Positions 53,016 through 64,000 of a stretch of DNA of 64,000 bases are shown here, in pieces. The DNA lies in contig MU053754.1 of NCBI GenBank assembly GCA_013239625.1, positions 1,531,966 through 1,595,965 on the forward strand, in the 5' to 3' direction. The DNA comes from Lama guanicoe. Its lineage: Eukaryota. A program made the translations under genes and the position numbers. Numbering within the stretch: the first letter of the stretch is position 1; each line of letters starts with the position of its first letter. The notes under the pieces were generated by a model. That model did no database searches, was not told the DNA's origin, and saw only the letters and a list, made by a program, of their open reading frames with translations.

Positions 53016-54429
53016 ATAACGGTGGAAACCCAGGGAAAGATCCGATGAAGTTTCTTTGGAAAGAAAAGGAAGATTGCACATGCTGGATTGCAAAACATAT
53101 TTTAACTCTGACCTACTGTTCTGTTCTCTTGCTATTTTTATACACTGTAATTTTTCTTCTTGATATTTTACTAACTTAGCAAAAGGTTCTAGTGCTTTTT
53201 GAGCCTGATTAACAAGCAAGCTAGGGAAAAATCTTGGCTGGATCAGAAGCTTTAACATTTCTAGCACAGCTCACACTAGGCACTAAATTACACTGCTATC
53301 ATCATAATCAAGCACAAACAAGGCCACATTTCTGTAATTCATTACCCAAGGCAGGACTCCCTCTGCCTCCCAGTCTCCGAAGAAGAGGATGTAATGGGAG
53401 CCACACAAGCAGCTCTCAGTAATTTTTCCCAGATTCATTTTACTCCAGTTTGGAGCATGAGTTAATAGACCAAAGGTTTCTGCGTCATGGAAGCTAACTT
53501 AAATCATTTCATTAGGTAAGACTCAACTTGAGAAGAGTGCACATCAAGGGGCAGAAACGTCTCTGTGTTGCATCAGAGATATGCAAATATAAGGAAATAC
53601 CCCCATCAAATAACAGTAAATAAAGGACATTTTTTCCAATAAAACTGGGTGGCAATCATCTTCAGCAACCTTTTGCATGAAAGGAATGCAGGAAAAGAGT
53701 GCAATTACTTCTACAAAGTGGATTGAGATCATCGTCTTCAAGAGCCAAGTAGCTTATCATGAGCTGAAGTACCTTACACATGAAGCACACACACACACAT
53801 ATACTGATGTGCCATCTAGAATGGAGCATTGTTCACGTGCTCGGCCATGCACACAGAAACACAGGGACATATACAAAGAAACAGACACATGCACAGGCAA
53901 GCACACTGTTTTCATTGGAGCATTACACACACCACCTGTAGGAGAGTAATGCGCGTGTGCAGGTGCGCGTGCACACACACAAAGGAAATGCCACAAGAAG
54001 TGTTTGTATCAAATTAAAATGAATTGCTGTGACTTCAAAAAATGCCTTTGTTCCCAAATCACTGAGAGTTGGGGCTTTATCTTACACGTTGATGTAAATA
54101 AACTTTTTGGGATTGGTCAGTGAATTTCTGCTGTCATAAAATTTTCAGCAAACTTGAATCTTGACTTAAATAGGTAAACCACAATGTTTTATCAAAATAA
54201 AATTTTCCTGTGGTCCAGGGCAACTTCAGCCGGCATAATAATGCCATGGAATGCCAACATTGCCTGAGATGTTTATCTTTGGCAATTTAAATGCTGTAAA
54301 TTCTGGCTGAAGTATGAGATTGGGCAAAACACAGTAATATCAAAAACATCAAGTCCATATGTAGTTTTCATAACCACGTCACATGTAGGAGGTTCAGAGG
54401 TGGAGGGGGAATCTGCCTTTTAATAGTGA

Positions 54430-55215
54430 TGGTGGCCAAAAGGACTCCCACTGGCCAATGGACGGACAGTCTGAGCATCAAAAACTATAATGATGCTAAT
54501 TGATTATAACACACATAACAGAAAACCAAAAAAACTAACAACAATAACAAAATACAATCCATGAGGCTATAAAGATGCTCAAAAGTTGAGTGTGCAGAAA
54601 TCAAGCTCTTCTTCCTAGCAAAATTTCAGCTGAGAACTTGTAGAAAACTTCACACTTAACACAGTGTTAATGTGTCGGTTATATCTCAATAAAGCTAGCG
54701 GGGGAGATGGAAAGAAATGATCAAATTAGTAATTCACTATTTTGTAACTACCAATGTAATACTTGAAACAGGAAAAGTTAGGGGGTGGGTGTGAAGAGAC
54801 CTTCACAGTGCTAAGATCTCACCCCCTCATTGACTCATTCCTTATGATGGAAAGAAGTTATCTGCCTGATGTGGTTACTGAGTGGGCACAGCCCTAACCT
54901 ACTAACTGAGCTCAATAAAAGCAATGAAAGTCCAGCCTGGGTATTGGCTGCCCCTGATAAGTCAATGAAAAGGACACAACATCACCTCTGCAGTGTTCTT
55001 GCCAAAAATGTCCAACCTGCATGGAATCATGACAAAACAGACAGATACAGAGCATGGGACACTGTAGAAGACAATCAGCCAGAACACTTCAAAACAGCAG
55101 CTGAAAAGAAAAACTAAAGGCAGACAGACTGTTCTAGATTCAAGGAAATTACAAAGTCATAGCCAAATGCAGTGCATGATTTTCAACTGGATCTCAAATT
55201 TTTTAAAAGGCTCCC
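54430..55215 (+). mobile_element. Ancient L1 (L1MC/MD-like) 3' region fragments
   Basis: aggacacaacatcacctctgcagtgttcttgccaaaaatg...gactgttctagatt...aaatgcagtgcatgat. Confidence 0.6.
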
Positions 55216-55504
55216 AAACACGTACTGTGCTGACATTGCCAGCCCCAGGCAGCTACTGAATGGACACAGGTGTCAATGGCCAAGCAGGTGTGGTGGCCAC
55301 CTGCTGCTCTGGAGACCCCCTACAGTGGAGGAGCATGGAGCAGGCCTGAGGACTGGCTGCCTTGTGGTGGCATTTAGGCAAGGCTGAGACAGCCTGTCCA
55401 GGTGAGCCCCCTGGTGATGATGTGCAAGCAATGTCCCCCCTCCCCCCCCTGCGGCTGAAACAAAGCCAGGATCCATTAGGGTCTATCATTTTAATGGGAA
55501 GTCC

Positions 55505-55870
55505 CTTGTCTTAGACCCTTCAGGTCCTGTAACAAAGTGCCATGGGCCGGGTGGCTTGTAAACAACACACATTTATGTCTCACTGTTCTGGAGGCTGGGA
55601 AGTCCAAGATCAAGGTGCTGGCAGATTCGGTTATCTGGTGATGGACTGTTTCTTGGTTCACAGAAGGGCACCTTCTCCCTGTGTCCTCACAGGACAGAAG
55701 GGGAGAGGGAAGTCTAGGGTCTCTTGTAAGGGCACTAATCCCGCTCATGAGGGCTCTACCCTCATGACCTAATTACCTCTCAGAGGCCCCACCTCCAAAT
55801 ACCATTACCTTGGGGCTTAGATTTCAACATGTGACTCTAGGAGGAGGACGCCAACATTCAGTATAAAGCA
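55505..55870 (-). mobile_element. MaLR LTR (MLT1A-like)
   Basis: gttctggaggctgggaagtccaagatcaaggtg...taagggcactaatccc...ctcatgacctaattacctc...aacattcagtataaagca. Confidence 0.88.
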
Positions 55871-57439
55871 TTCCTGGGATAGCTTAACGCATTACCCCTG
55901 TAGAATCCTGGCCTCATTTTGTTAGTGGCAGCTGTATTAAAACAACGATCCTACCAACAATTTCTGAAAAGCAACAAATGATTTAGAACTTATTAGACCA
56001 AGAATCTGGAAATTATCAGACTGATAATTCGTGCTTCAATTTGTATCAGTTGGAAAGCAGCTTTAATGATAGATGGTTTAGTTAGAGAATAAAATGGAGT
56101 ATTTTAAGTTATATATATTAATTTATATTACTAAGTATCTTGTATGTTTTATGTTACTATAGATTTTGTATTTTAGTACTAGTCAAACGGTAATTTTGAT
56201 AGTGAAATAAAGTAACATATGTAAAGTCCTCAACCAAGTGCCCATTACACAGTAGTATCCACTAAATTTTACTTTCTTTTCTTCCAGGAGAATATTTAGA
56301 CTTTGGACAAAGTAATGAAAAGCCAAAGATGGAGTAGATACCCAGAGATGTGCCCTTGTGAACAAGCCACTCACTGCACTCTCTCCGAAGGTTGTTAACT
56401 TGTACATCTGAAAAGCACATCCCTTCACCAGGCCTAACCTAAAAAAATCCCACAGGAGTTCCCAGCAATTGCTTCAGCTGCAGCGAGATTAGTTTTACAT
56501 GCCAGCGCCAAAAGGAAAAGTAACAACGAACACTGACAATCAACTTAAACACTGACACTCAGGCACGATTCGCGGACTCCAAAACTGAAGGGACATAAAT
56601 TGTTTCCAGTTTCCCTCAACACTGAAAAGAAGAGCATGAAACAGGTAATAAGTCAAACTTTAATTTATAAGTTTCCTGGGGTTACACTTTCCTGGATGAC
56701 CATTTTATTCTCAAAGTACCTGTAAGCCTCCCTGGTCAGTAAGAGAAACGCATACATACCTCACTTATGTACCAGTCATGGCTGACGGCTCTCCCCCAAC
56801 CCGCCTCCCAGAAAAACATCTGCACCTGTCACTGTTACTTGTTTTTAATGTGGTCCTAAAAGTTTTTACATTTCAGGACATTTCCCAATCACATGGAAAT
56901 CAATTCTGCTAAATCACATCATGCCATGCTCTCAGTAGACAGAACATTTTAACTAGGTGAGAAAAAGGATTTACTATTTCTACAGCTCTTTGTAAAACTT
57001 CCTTTCACTTTACCAGCATGGAAGCCGCCCTTTCTGTTGTTTCATGTCTTTAACATCTGTTAGGTGGGGTTGCTGTTTTTCACATGGACTGTGTGTGAAG
57101 CATGCCCTCACACTTCTGCAGCACTTGGGACAAAATGTGTATCCTGTGGCCTCACTGCCTCTACAGAACGGATGACTGCAGACCTACCCTTCCCGGGGCG
57201 GGATTCCAGGAGGCTTTGACACAAGGAGGGACCCACACACAAGTGGTCATATTTCTTTTTCTTCTTTGTTAAAAATTAAAAAAGCAGTAAACAGTAATTT
57301 CCCAAGTAGTAGTCAAACCAATGAGAAAGGTAAATTGTCGACTTACAGATATTTTCTCCCTCTATCCAAATCAGGAAGCTGAGAGACACAGAGCTACTCT
57401 TCCATTTAAAAATTACAAATAAAACCCCTAAATCTCTCA

Positions 57440-57985
57440 AACAGGTATTAGCGAACTACACCCTTGGGCCAGATAAGCCACTGCCTGTTTTTATAAATAA
57501 AGTTTTATTGGCACTTGGCCACATCCATTTGTTTCAGTATTGTCAGTGGCTACAAAGAACCAAGTTGAGAATTTTCAGCATAAATCCTGTCTACCACAAA
57601 GCCCACCATAGTCACTAACTGGCCCTTGAAGAAAACATTTCCCAACTATAAAGCTGTGTTATCTAACAAATATAATGCAGGTCACATATGTAATTCTAGA
57701 TGATTTAGTAGTCATGTTAAAAGTTAAAAAGAAACAAGTGAAGTTAATGATATACTTTTCCCCAATGGCTCCAAAATAGTATGATTTCAACACATAATCT
57801 AATACTAAAGTCATTAATGAGAAACATTTTTTTCTTCATACAAAGTCTTGGAAATCTGGTATCTTTTTTTCTTCATGCAAAGTCTTAGACATCTACCTCA
57901 TATAACAGTTCAGGCTAGCCACAGTTCAAGACCTTGACAGTCACTTGTGATTGGTGGCCAGCACGTTGGTCCTTACAGGTCTGAA
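57440..57985. mobile_element. Adjacent MER58-like (~57440-57648) and MER33-like (~57650-57985) elements
   Basis: ctgcctgtttttataaataaagttttattgg; aatataatgcaggtcacatatgtaatt...aaaagaaacaagtgaagttaat...ctagccacagttcaag. Confidence 0.7.
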
Positions 57986-59976
57986 GGACTTGCTAAGTAT
58001 AAGCAGAAAAAAGGAGTTAAAGAATGAGTTTTTCAGTGAAGTCTCCAGCTTCACTCAAATGAAATGTGAGACAGTAGACTTTTGGCTTATTCTAAGTATA
58101 TCCCAAGCAATATTTGGGACATACTTATATTAAAATGTCATTTGTTGTGTGTCCAAAACTCACATGTACGTGGGTGTCCTGTATTTTATCTGTCCACCCA
58201 TGCCTCAGCCCCTGAACTTTTCTGCTTATTGAAAATTCAAGTGGGAAGCAGCAAACAGAGGGGATGCTGTCTGAGGCCCACTGCTCTGCTTGGATGCCTC
58301 AATTCATTATTTCATTGATTCAGAAAATTGCTGGTGTGCACACACTCACTGGCCTCAGAAATCAACTAACACTAAATTCATCTGGCCCAAGGGCTGCCAG
58401 GGGTCACAGGGAAGGCCAGGCTGCACCCCTCAGCATGAGTCAGTAGTGCTGTCACCAAGGAATGAGTGCAGGCTGAAACACGGAAGCAGTCTTCCTTTAA
58501 GAAGGTATTGCTTTCACAAAAAAAAGTGTGCTGTCCCAAGACCCTAGGAACACCTTACACGGAACAGAGAGAGTCCATACAATGAAGAGTTCCAATAAAA
58601 GCGGACTACAAATAACTTTTCTTATTTCAGGGGTAGTGGAGGAGGGCGGGGAAAGTGACTTTCTCCTTTCTGCTTCCGGAAAAGGAGGCCAGCACTTCTG
58701 GAAGCACTGGAGCTAGAGAACGCAGAGAGATGAGCAAACAGTAATTACAGGACACGGGAGCTGTCTGGGCATCCACATAAAAATCCAAATTATGAAAACC
58801 AAGCCTCATGTGTTCTGTTTCATACAGTCAAAAAATTCCGAAAGCATTCTCTCTTCTTAAGGCAATGCTAATGGAGTTCAAAGCACAGGGTGAAAAATCG
58901 GATTGTGTGGAACAGAGAGTGTCGTCCGGTTCACTTTGGCAGTTGAGGACTCGGCAGATGAGTGAGTCGCTTGGCAACGGTAGCGTGATCAAAGCTGTCT
59001 GCACAATTCCAGCAAGCAGAATAGACCCCAAAAATGGGGGAGAAAATGATCTAGTGACAGCTGCAATTATGCACTTTTTCTTTTGCTCAACTTGAAAAAT
59101 CATTTGGGAGAAACTTTCTCACAGAAAGAACAGAGAACCTTTATGTCATCCTTTTTCATATTAACCTACTTGCGAGCTGAAGATTGGAAGCACTTCATCG
59201 ATCCGTCATTTAATGATCGCTCAGAAACTGTTCCTGTGCAGAATGACGGTTATCTTTTAGTTGGAACAAAATTTTCTTTAATTGTGTGCACATTAATGTG
59301 CCCAAACGAACATCAAAATCCAGGAAAAGACTGAAATAACTCCACCCCATCTGGAGACACCAGAATTGTCAAAGTTCTCAGTGTTTCTCCTGTTATTTCA
59401 GCGTCTAGCCTCACGACACATGAAGGCATTAGGAAGACTTGAAAGGTGTCCAGGATTCTGTGGACACTCATCATGTTCTCACAGACTCTCCATTTGGATC
59501 AGTACCAGGATTTAGTCTGGTTTTCCTGACCGTTTGCCGACTTTCTCTTGATATTCTTTTATCCTACAAACCAGAAAGTTCAGTCCAAAATAGAAAGCAC
59601 AGGATGCACTGAAAAAAAAAATCACAGCCTACATCATGTCGATAAGCTTATAAACCCATTTGCCTTATCTCTCTACCGGGAGAACATCAAGAAAAATAGT
59701 CCATCAAATTCTCAAACATGTTATTAGACATAAAGATTTCTTTCTCACATAGGTTTAAAAAAAAAATAGACTGCCAAGTGTCGCACTTTCAAGCCAGTTC
59801 TCAGTTATGCTGCATGCATTCTGGAATTCCTCAGGAAGGTGAAATAAAATCATTGCAAAAGTACTTAATGCCTCTGAACTATACAGTTAAAGACGGTGAA
59901 AATGTTAAATTTCAGATTATGCACGTTTTACCACAATAAGAAGTTTAAAAATAGAAATATAAAAAAATGAATTAGA

Positions 59977-60112
59977 GGGGGAGGGGTATATAGCTCAGTG
60001 GTAGAGTGCATGCCTACAATGCACAAGGTCCTGGGTTCAAGCCCCAGTACCTCCATCAAATAAACAGATGAATAAACCAAATTACCTCCCCCTCCAAAAT
60101 AAAAAAAAAAAA
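59977..60112 (+). mobile_element. tRNA-derived SINE, camelid Vic-1-like
   Basis: ggggaggggtatatagctcagtggtagagtgcatgcc...gtcctgggttcaagccccagtacctcc with Pol III A/B boxes and A-tail. Homologous to the 48606 copy. Confidence 0.88.
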
Positions 60113-60999
60113 GATTTTTTAAAAAAGGACATAAAGCCAGATAGCCATAGGATGTCATCCAGTGTTGATAACAAGTCTTGTTCCTACATTTCTGGCACTG
60201 ACCAGATGACAAAACTGCTTTTCCTGCATGACCTGAAGTTCCAAAAATTGTTCCTCCTACTTAGCACATTTTTTGGTTCAACTGGCCCTTCAGTCCTACA
60301 TGTGAACAGGACTGTAATTTAAATATGCTGTTAAAATAAAGGATTATCTAGACTATTCACATCATGGTCCAGTTATTTTTGCCGTAGGGTGTAGATAAAC
60401 AATTCAATTTAAGTAATACCATAATAACCAGTTACATCTTAGAATTCCATGGCCACACTCTTACTTCCTCTTCTTTGTTGATAGTCATCAATAATTTTTT
60501 TAAATAATTTCTGTGCAATGGGAAACTATAGTTGTCATTTTCATAAGCAATCAGATTTGGGTTTTTTTGGGGGGGGGTTGCCTCTACTAACAGGTAACTT
60601 ATGAATAAGTGTATTTGGACTTTAAAAAAAATTTTTAGATTAAACAATCCATATAAAATTTCACACATTTCCAGTCTACTGCACTGTTTGGCTTTGGGGA
60701 TGGTTTTCAGCTTTGTGTTCTATGAGTTGTGGGTCTACACAGAGCACTTTGTGGACTTGGAGAAAGATGGGGGAGTCCAGAGGGAAGGAGGGCATTCCTG
60801 AGCAGAGACTTAATAAGACACGGGGTGGAGAGGACTGGGAAGGGGAGATCCTTTCAGCGGGAGGAATGTGCATACTTGGCAGAGCAGGTGCACGGAGAGG
60901 TGAGACTGCCTAGGCTGGGGAAGGTGTTCCAGACTGAGCGGTTGAGGTATACCCAGAAGAGAACTGGGGTACCACTGGATGGTTTTAATCAAGGAGGCA

Positions 61000-61437
61000 T
61001 GTAGTGGAGTACATAGCAGCCCCCAAAATACATGTCTAAGTCCTAACACCTGGCACCTCAGAATGCAACCTTATTTGAAATAAGGGTTTTTGCAGACATA
61101 ATTAAGATAAGGATCTTGAAATGAGATCATCGCAGATTCACAGTGGTCCTTAAGTCCAGTGACTGGTGTCCCTATAAAAAAGAAAGATTTGAGACACAGA
61201 GACCAGAAGTCCACATGAAGATGGAGGCAGGGGTTGGAGTGGCGGGTCCACAAGCCAAAGACTGCTGACAGCCACCAGAGCTAAGAGATAGGCATGGGAT
61301 GGATTCTCCCCCAGAGCTTCCAGAGGAGCCAGTCTTGCTGACACGTGGATCTCATACGTCTGGCCTCCAGAGCTGTGAGAGAGTATGTTTGTGCTGCTGT
61401 TCCCCACCCGCCCCCAGTTTCTGGTCATTTGTTATGA
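61000..61437 (+). mobile_element. MaLR LTR (MLT1C/D-like) inside L2 remnants
   Basis: cccccaaaatacatgtctaagtcctaa...ttttgcagacataattaag...ggattctcccccagagcttccagagga...catttgttatg. Confidence 0.85.
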
Positions 61438-61439
61438 TG

Positions 61440-62135
61440 TAAATCTGAGTTCATTTCCTGAACACAGATTCATATAATCAGATCTGCATTTCAGAAACAA
61501 TCCTCTGGCTTTGGTAGAGGGAAATATCTGGAGCCAAAGGAGTCAAGCATTAAAGGGAGACCAGTTAGGAAGACTGTAATGATCCAGATGAGATATGAAA
61601 AGACCTAGTCGCATAGCAGGGATACTGAAGATGAGGTTATTAAGGCAAAAGCCTTTCACAGACAGTGTCAAACTCCTGGCAGGGAGCGTGCAGCCAAGGG
61701 TAGATGCTGCCAAGTAGGAGAGAGGGGGATGCAGGGGAGGTGTCACGTGGAAAGAAGGGCAGCTGGGCCCCAGAGATGGCAGCAAAGATGGGCATGGATG
61801 CAGATAGGATTCACCACTGCCAAGTTGAGAAAAGAGCAACTTTGTACCTAAAGACCACCCTTAGGCAAGGTCATCCACTGAGAGTGTGCAGAGAAGGAGC
61901 CAGGAGAAAGCTGCGAGATTTTGTCCCGGCTGGGACTACAGGATGGAAAAGAAAGATGAAGAGGGGTCGCAGAATTGCTTGCTGTCAGGAGCGCACAGCT
62001 GGGGTTGAAGATCATGATCTGTAGTAACATGAATTCGCTCGGTTGTGCGGTTTTTCCTCAGCAGCCATCAGCAGCTTGGATGTGGACCAAGGACGGCAGA
62101 TGGCTGGGCTGATTCAGGATCGGGCTTCTGCAAAG
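61440..62135 (-). mobile_element. L2 LINE fragments
   Basis: atcagatctgcatttcagaaa...gagaccagttaggaagactg...; gtttttcctcagcagcc...cagc...ggctgattcagg resembles internal L2. Confidence 0.6.
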
Positions 62136-62349
62136 AGCAGTACATAACATTTCAGTTTGTTTCCGTTATGAGCTCTGTTGGACTGATCGACTTCAATGAA
62201 TTCTCCACTGTAAACACGGGGTACAAAAACTACTCCCTAATGGATACATTGTGGCACTGTCATCTGCTGAACGCTACAGTAGCTTTGAGAATGAAATGAG
62301 CTATAGCTTTGCAGAGGAACATCAGGCCTTTAATGGTGAGTGATAGATG

Positions 62350-62642
62350 CAAGACCCCCCAGATACAAGCAGTATGATTCCATTACTACAAAATTCATTC
62401 TGTTTAAGGCTGCAGACGAGTAAAACTACAGAGAAAAGCAAGGAAATGATTATCCCCAAAGTCAAGAGTGGTAACTTCTAGTAGGGAAAATGGATGGTGA
62501 TCAGGGGAGCTCCTGTGCAGCTGGCAATATTCTCCTTCCTGACTTGAATGATTACGGATTGTTCCTTTTCTATTATTCAGTAAAATAGATGTATCTTTTG
62601 AATGCATTTGTATGTCCATAGGTCATATGTTATAATGAAAAA
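62350..62642 (+). mobile_element. L1ME-like 3' fragment
   Basis: agtatgattccatt...aaagtcaagagtggtaacttc. Confidence 0.6.
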
Positions 62643-62694
62643 GTGACTTTAATAGCACTCAGTATCATTTTAATTCTCTATAGAGGTTAGTACG

Positions 62695-63070
62695 TATTCT
62701 AATAAGCCAGGAATTCTTTTTTCCAGTGACAAGCATTAGCAACCCAAATCAAATGGTGCTTAAAAAAAAAAAAGGAACTGAATAGTTTATGTGCGGCCTT
62801 CAGGCTTAGCCAGGTCCAGGTGCCGAAATGCTACCTAGTGGGGTCTGTCTCTCTCCACTGTAGCTCTGTGTTTCTCAGTGCTTCAGTGCTGTCTTCAGTC
62901 TCACAGATGAAGATGGATTTATAAACAAACAAATCTCTTTCTTAGAAATTCTAGCAAAAGCCCACATCTGGCTGTCCCTGGATAATCATGGGTCACAGAT
63001 TCTTCCCTAGCCAGTCACTGTAGTCAAGGGATTTGAAATGCTATTTGGCCAGGCCTGGTCCCCAGGTCTG
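62695..63070 (-). mobile_element. Old MaLR LTR (MLT1K/L-like)
   Basis: ccagtgacaagc...aacccaaatcaaa...cttcaggc...tgggtcacag...agccagtcactgt...tattggccaggcctgg. Confidence 0.55.
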
Positions 63071-64000
63071 CCCCAGGAGCTCTGTATCGCAGGGTCTGAG
63101 AGTCATAGCTAGTGTTGCCTAGAGAAAACTTAATTGTTTTAACTATAAGACACAGGGTGGACACAGGAGTAGACAACACCCACCAATGTCCACTACCATT
63201 ATTGCCGCCTTTCTTTGGTGCTGTTACCAAGCAGTAGTTGCCTTTCATTTCCTACTCCTGTATTCCAAACACCTCACTTCCTTTCCAGCCTTCTCCCAAA
63301 TAAAGAGCAAAGGCAGACAAAAATAAACAAAATGCATTTAAAAAGACCCAGGAACTTACAAGGAAGCAAAAGGACTGAAAGAATGATTGAATGATGCCAT
63401 TTCCCCCAGTCTTTGGCCTCTCATTAGTTACCTTACTGGTACTTTGGGTCAGAGATTTGCATCAGCCCAGGTGTATAATTGCTAGTGACTTACTGACAGC
63501 AGTCCCTGCTAGCACGGCACAGTGGATCAGAATGTGACGCTCTGCTTGGCAGGACAGTGAAGGGTGCCAGATTGACCCAGCTCCCTCAGCATTGCCTAGT
63601 GACCAGCAACTTTTGTCCGGGAGTCTCAGGGGACAAACAGAACTCACCGTGCTCCTTAAAGTGCATAAAGGGGACAGGTCACAAATGCCCTGGAAGTGTG
63701 CAGGACAAAATGGATTTCCCCCACAGGAAGAGGACAAGCCACCTACCAGTGACCATGCTGACTGGTGCTCCAGGACCATTCCAAGATAATTACAACCAAG
63801 AATGTCTCCAGAATTAATATGTGTGGTTCACTGAGTCCTCTGTGCTTCTCCTCACACTGCCAAGGCTGAACTGCCAGGCTGATCAGTACAAATTCAAAAG
63901 CATCCTGAGCTCACCAGCTCCTTCTGGGCTCCCTCCACTGGAATCGAGTGTTAATAAAGTCCATTGAAACAAAAGCTCCAACAGACTTTAGCCTCAGGGC

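Noticed and set aside
59985..60050. tRNA gene
   Set aside because: The tRNA-like head is followed by a SINE body and A-tail, and a homologous copy with a TSD sits at 48606, so it is a SINE.
61848..62130. Apparent minus-strand exon with acceptor near 62130
   Set aside because: All three frames stop early and the sequence resembles internal L2.
1..64000. The many 60-210 aa ORFs in the six-frame track as real genes
   Set aside because: Apart from L1 ORF2 fragments, none resembles a protein family I recognise. Many lie in repeats or microsatellites or span the N gap, and such ORFs are expected by chance in mammalian DNA.
1..64000. CRISPR array, defence system or other prokaryotic system
   Set aside because: The sequence is mammalian, with no regularly spaced repeat-spacer array and no operon structure.

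Overview
Mammalian genomic DNA, most likely a camelid (alpaca, llama or camel), inferred from two tRNA-derived SINEs resembling the camelid Vic-1 type and from camelid/artiodactyl-style L1 3' ends. It is not prokaryotic: there are no operons, CRISPR arrays, or rRNA/tRNA genes. I could not confidently identify any host protein-coding gene. The only clearly recognisable protein sequence is decayed LINE-1 ORF2, and the rest of the ORF track looks like chance ORFs. Much of the window is interspersed repeat: L1, L2, MIR, MaLR/ERV solo LTRs, and hAT-Charlie and Tigger MITEs, plus microsatellites and one 118-N assembly gap. The main functional landmark is a ~0.9 kb CpG island at ~23.7-24.6 kb with tandem ETS sites, YY1-like motifs and 5' splice sites on both strands, consistent with a possibly bidirectional promoter of an unidentified, perhaps non-coding, gene. 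The structures most worth checking are: (i) a 93-bp imperfect inverted repeat at 38.5-38.9 kb whose loop holds a minus-strand microexon-like splice unit; (ii) back-to-back opposite-strand splice donors and an ACG-initiated micro-ORF in the island; (iii) a recursive-splice-like AG|GTGAGA site 2 kb downstream on the minus strand; and (iv) L1 insertion oddities, namely two L1s at the same target site, a possible short 3' transduction and a duplicated 3' end. Repeat family names come from remembered consensus sequences, and boundaries are approximate unless a TSD is quoted.
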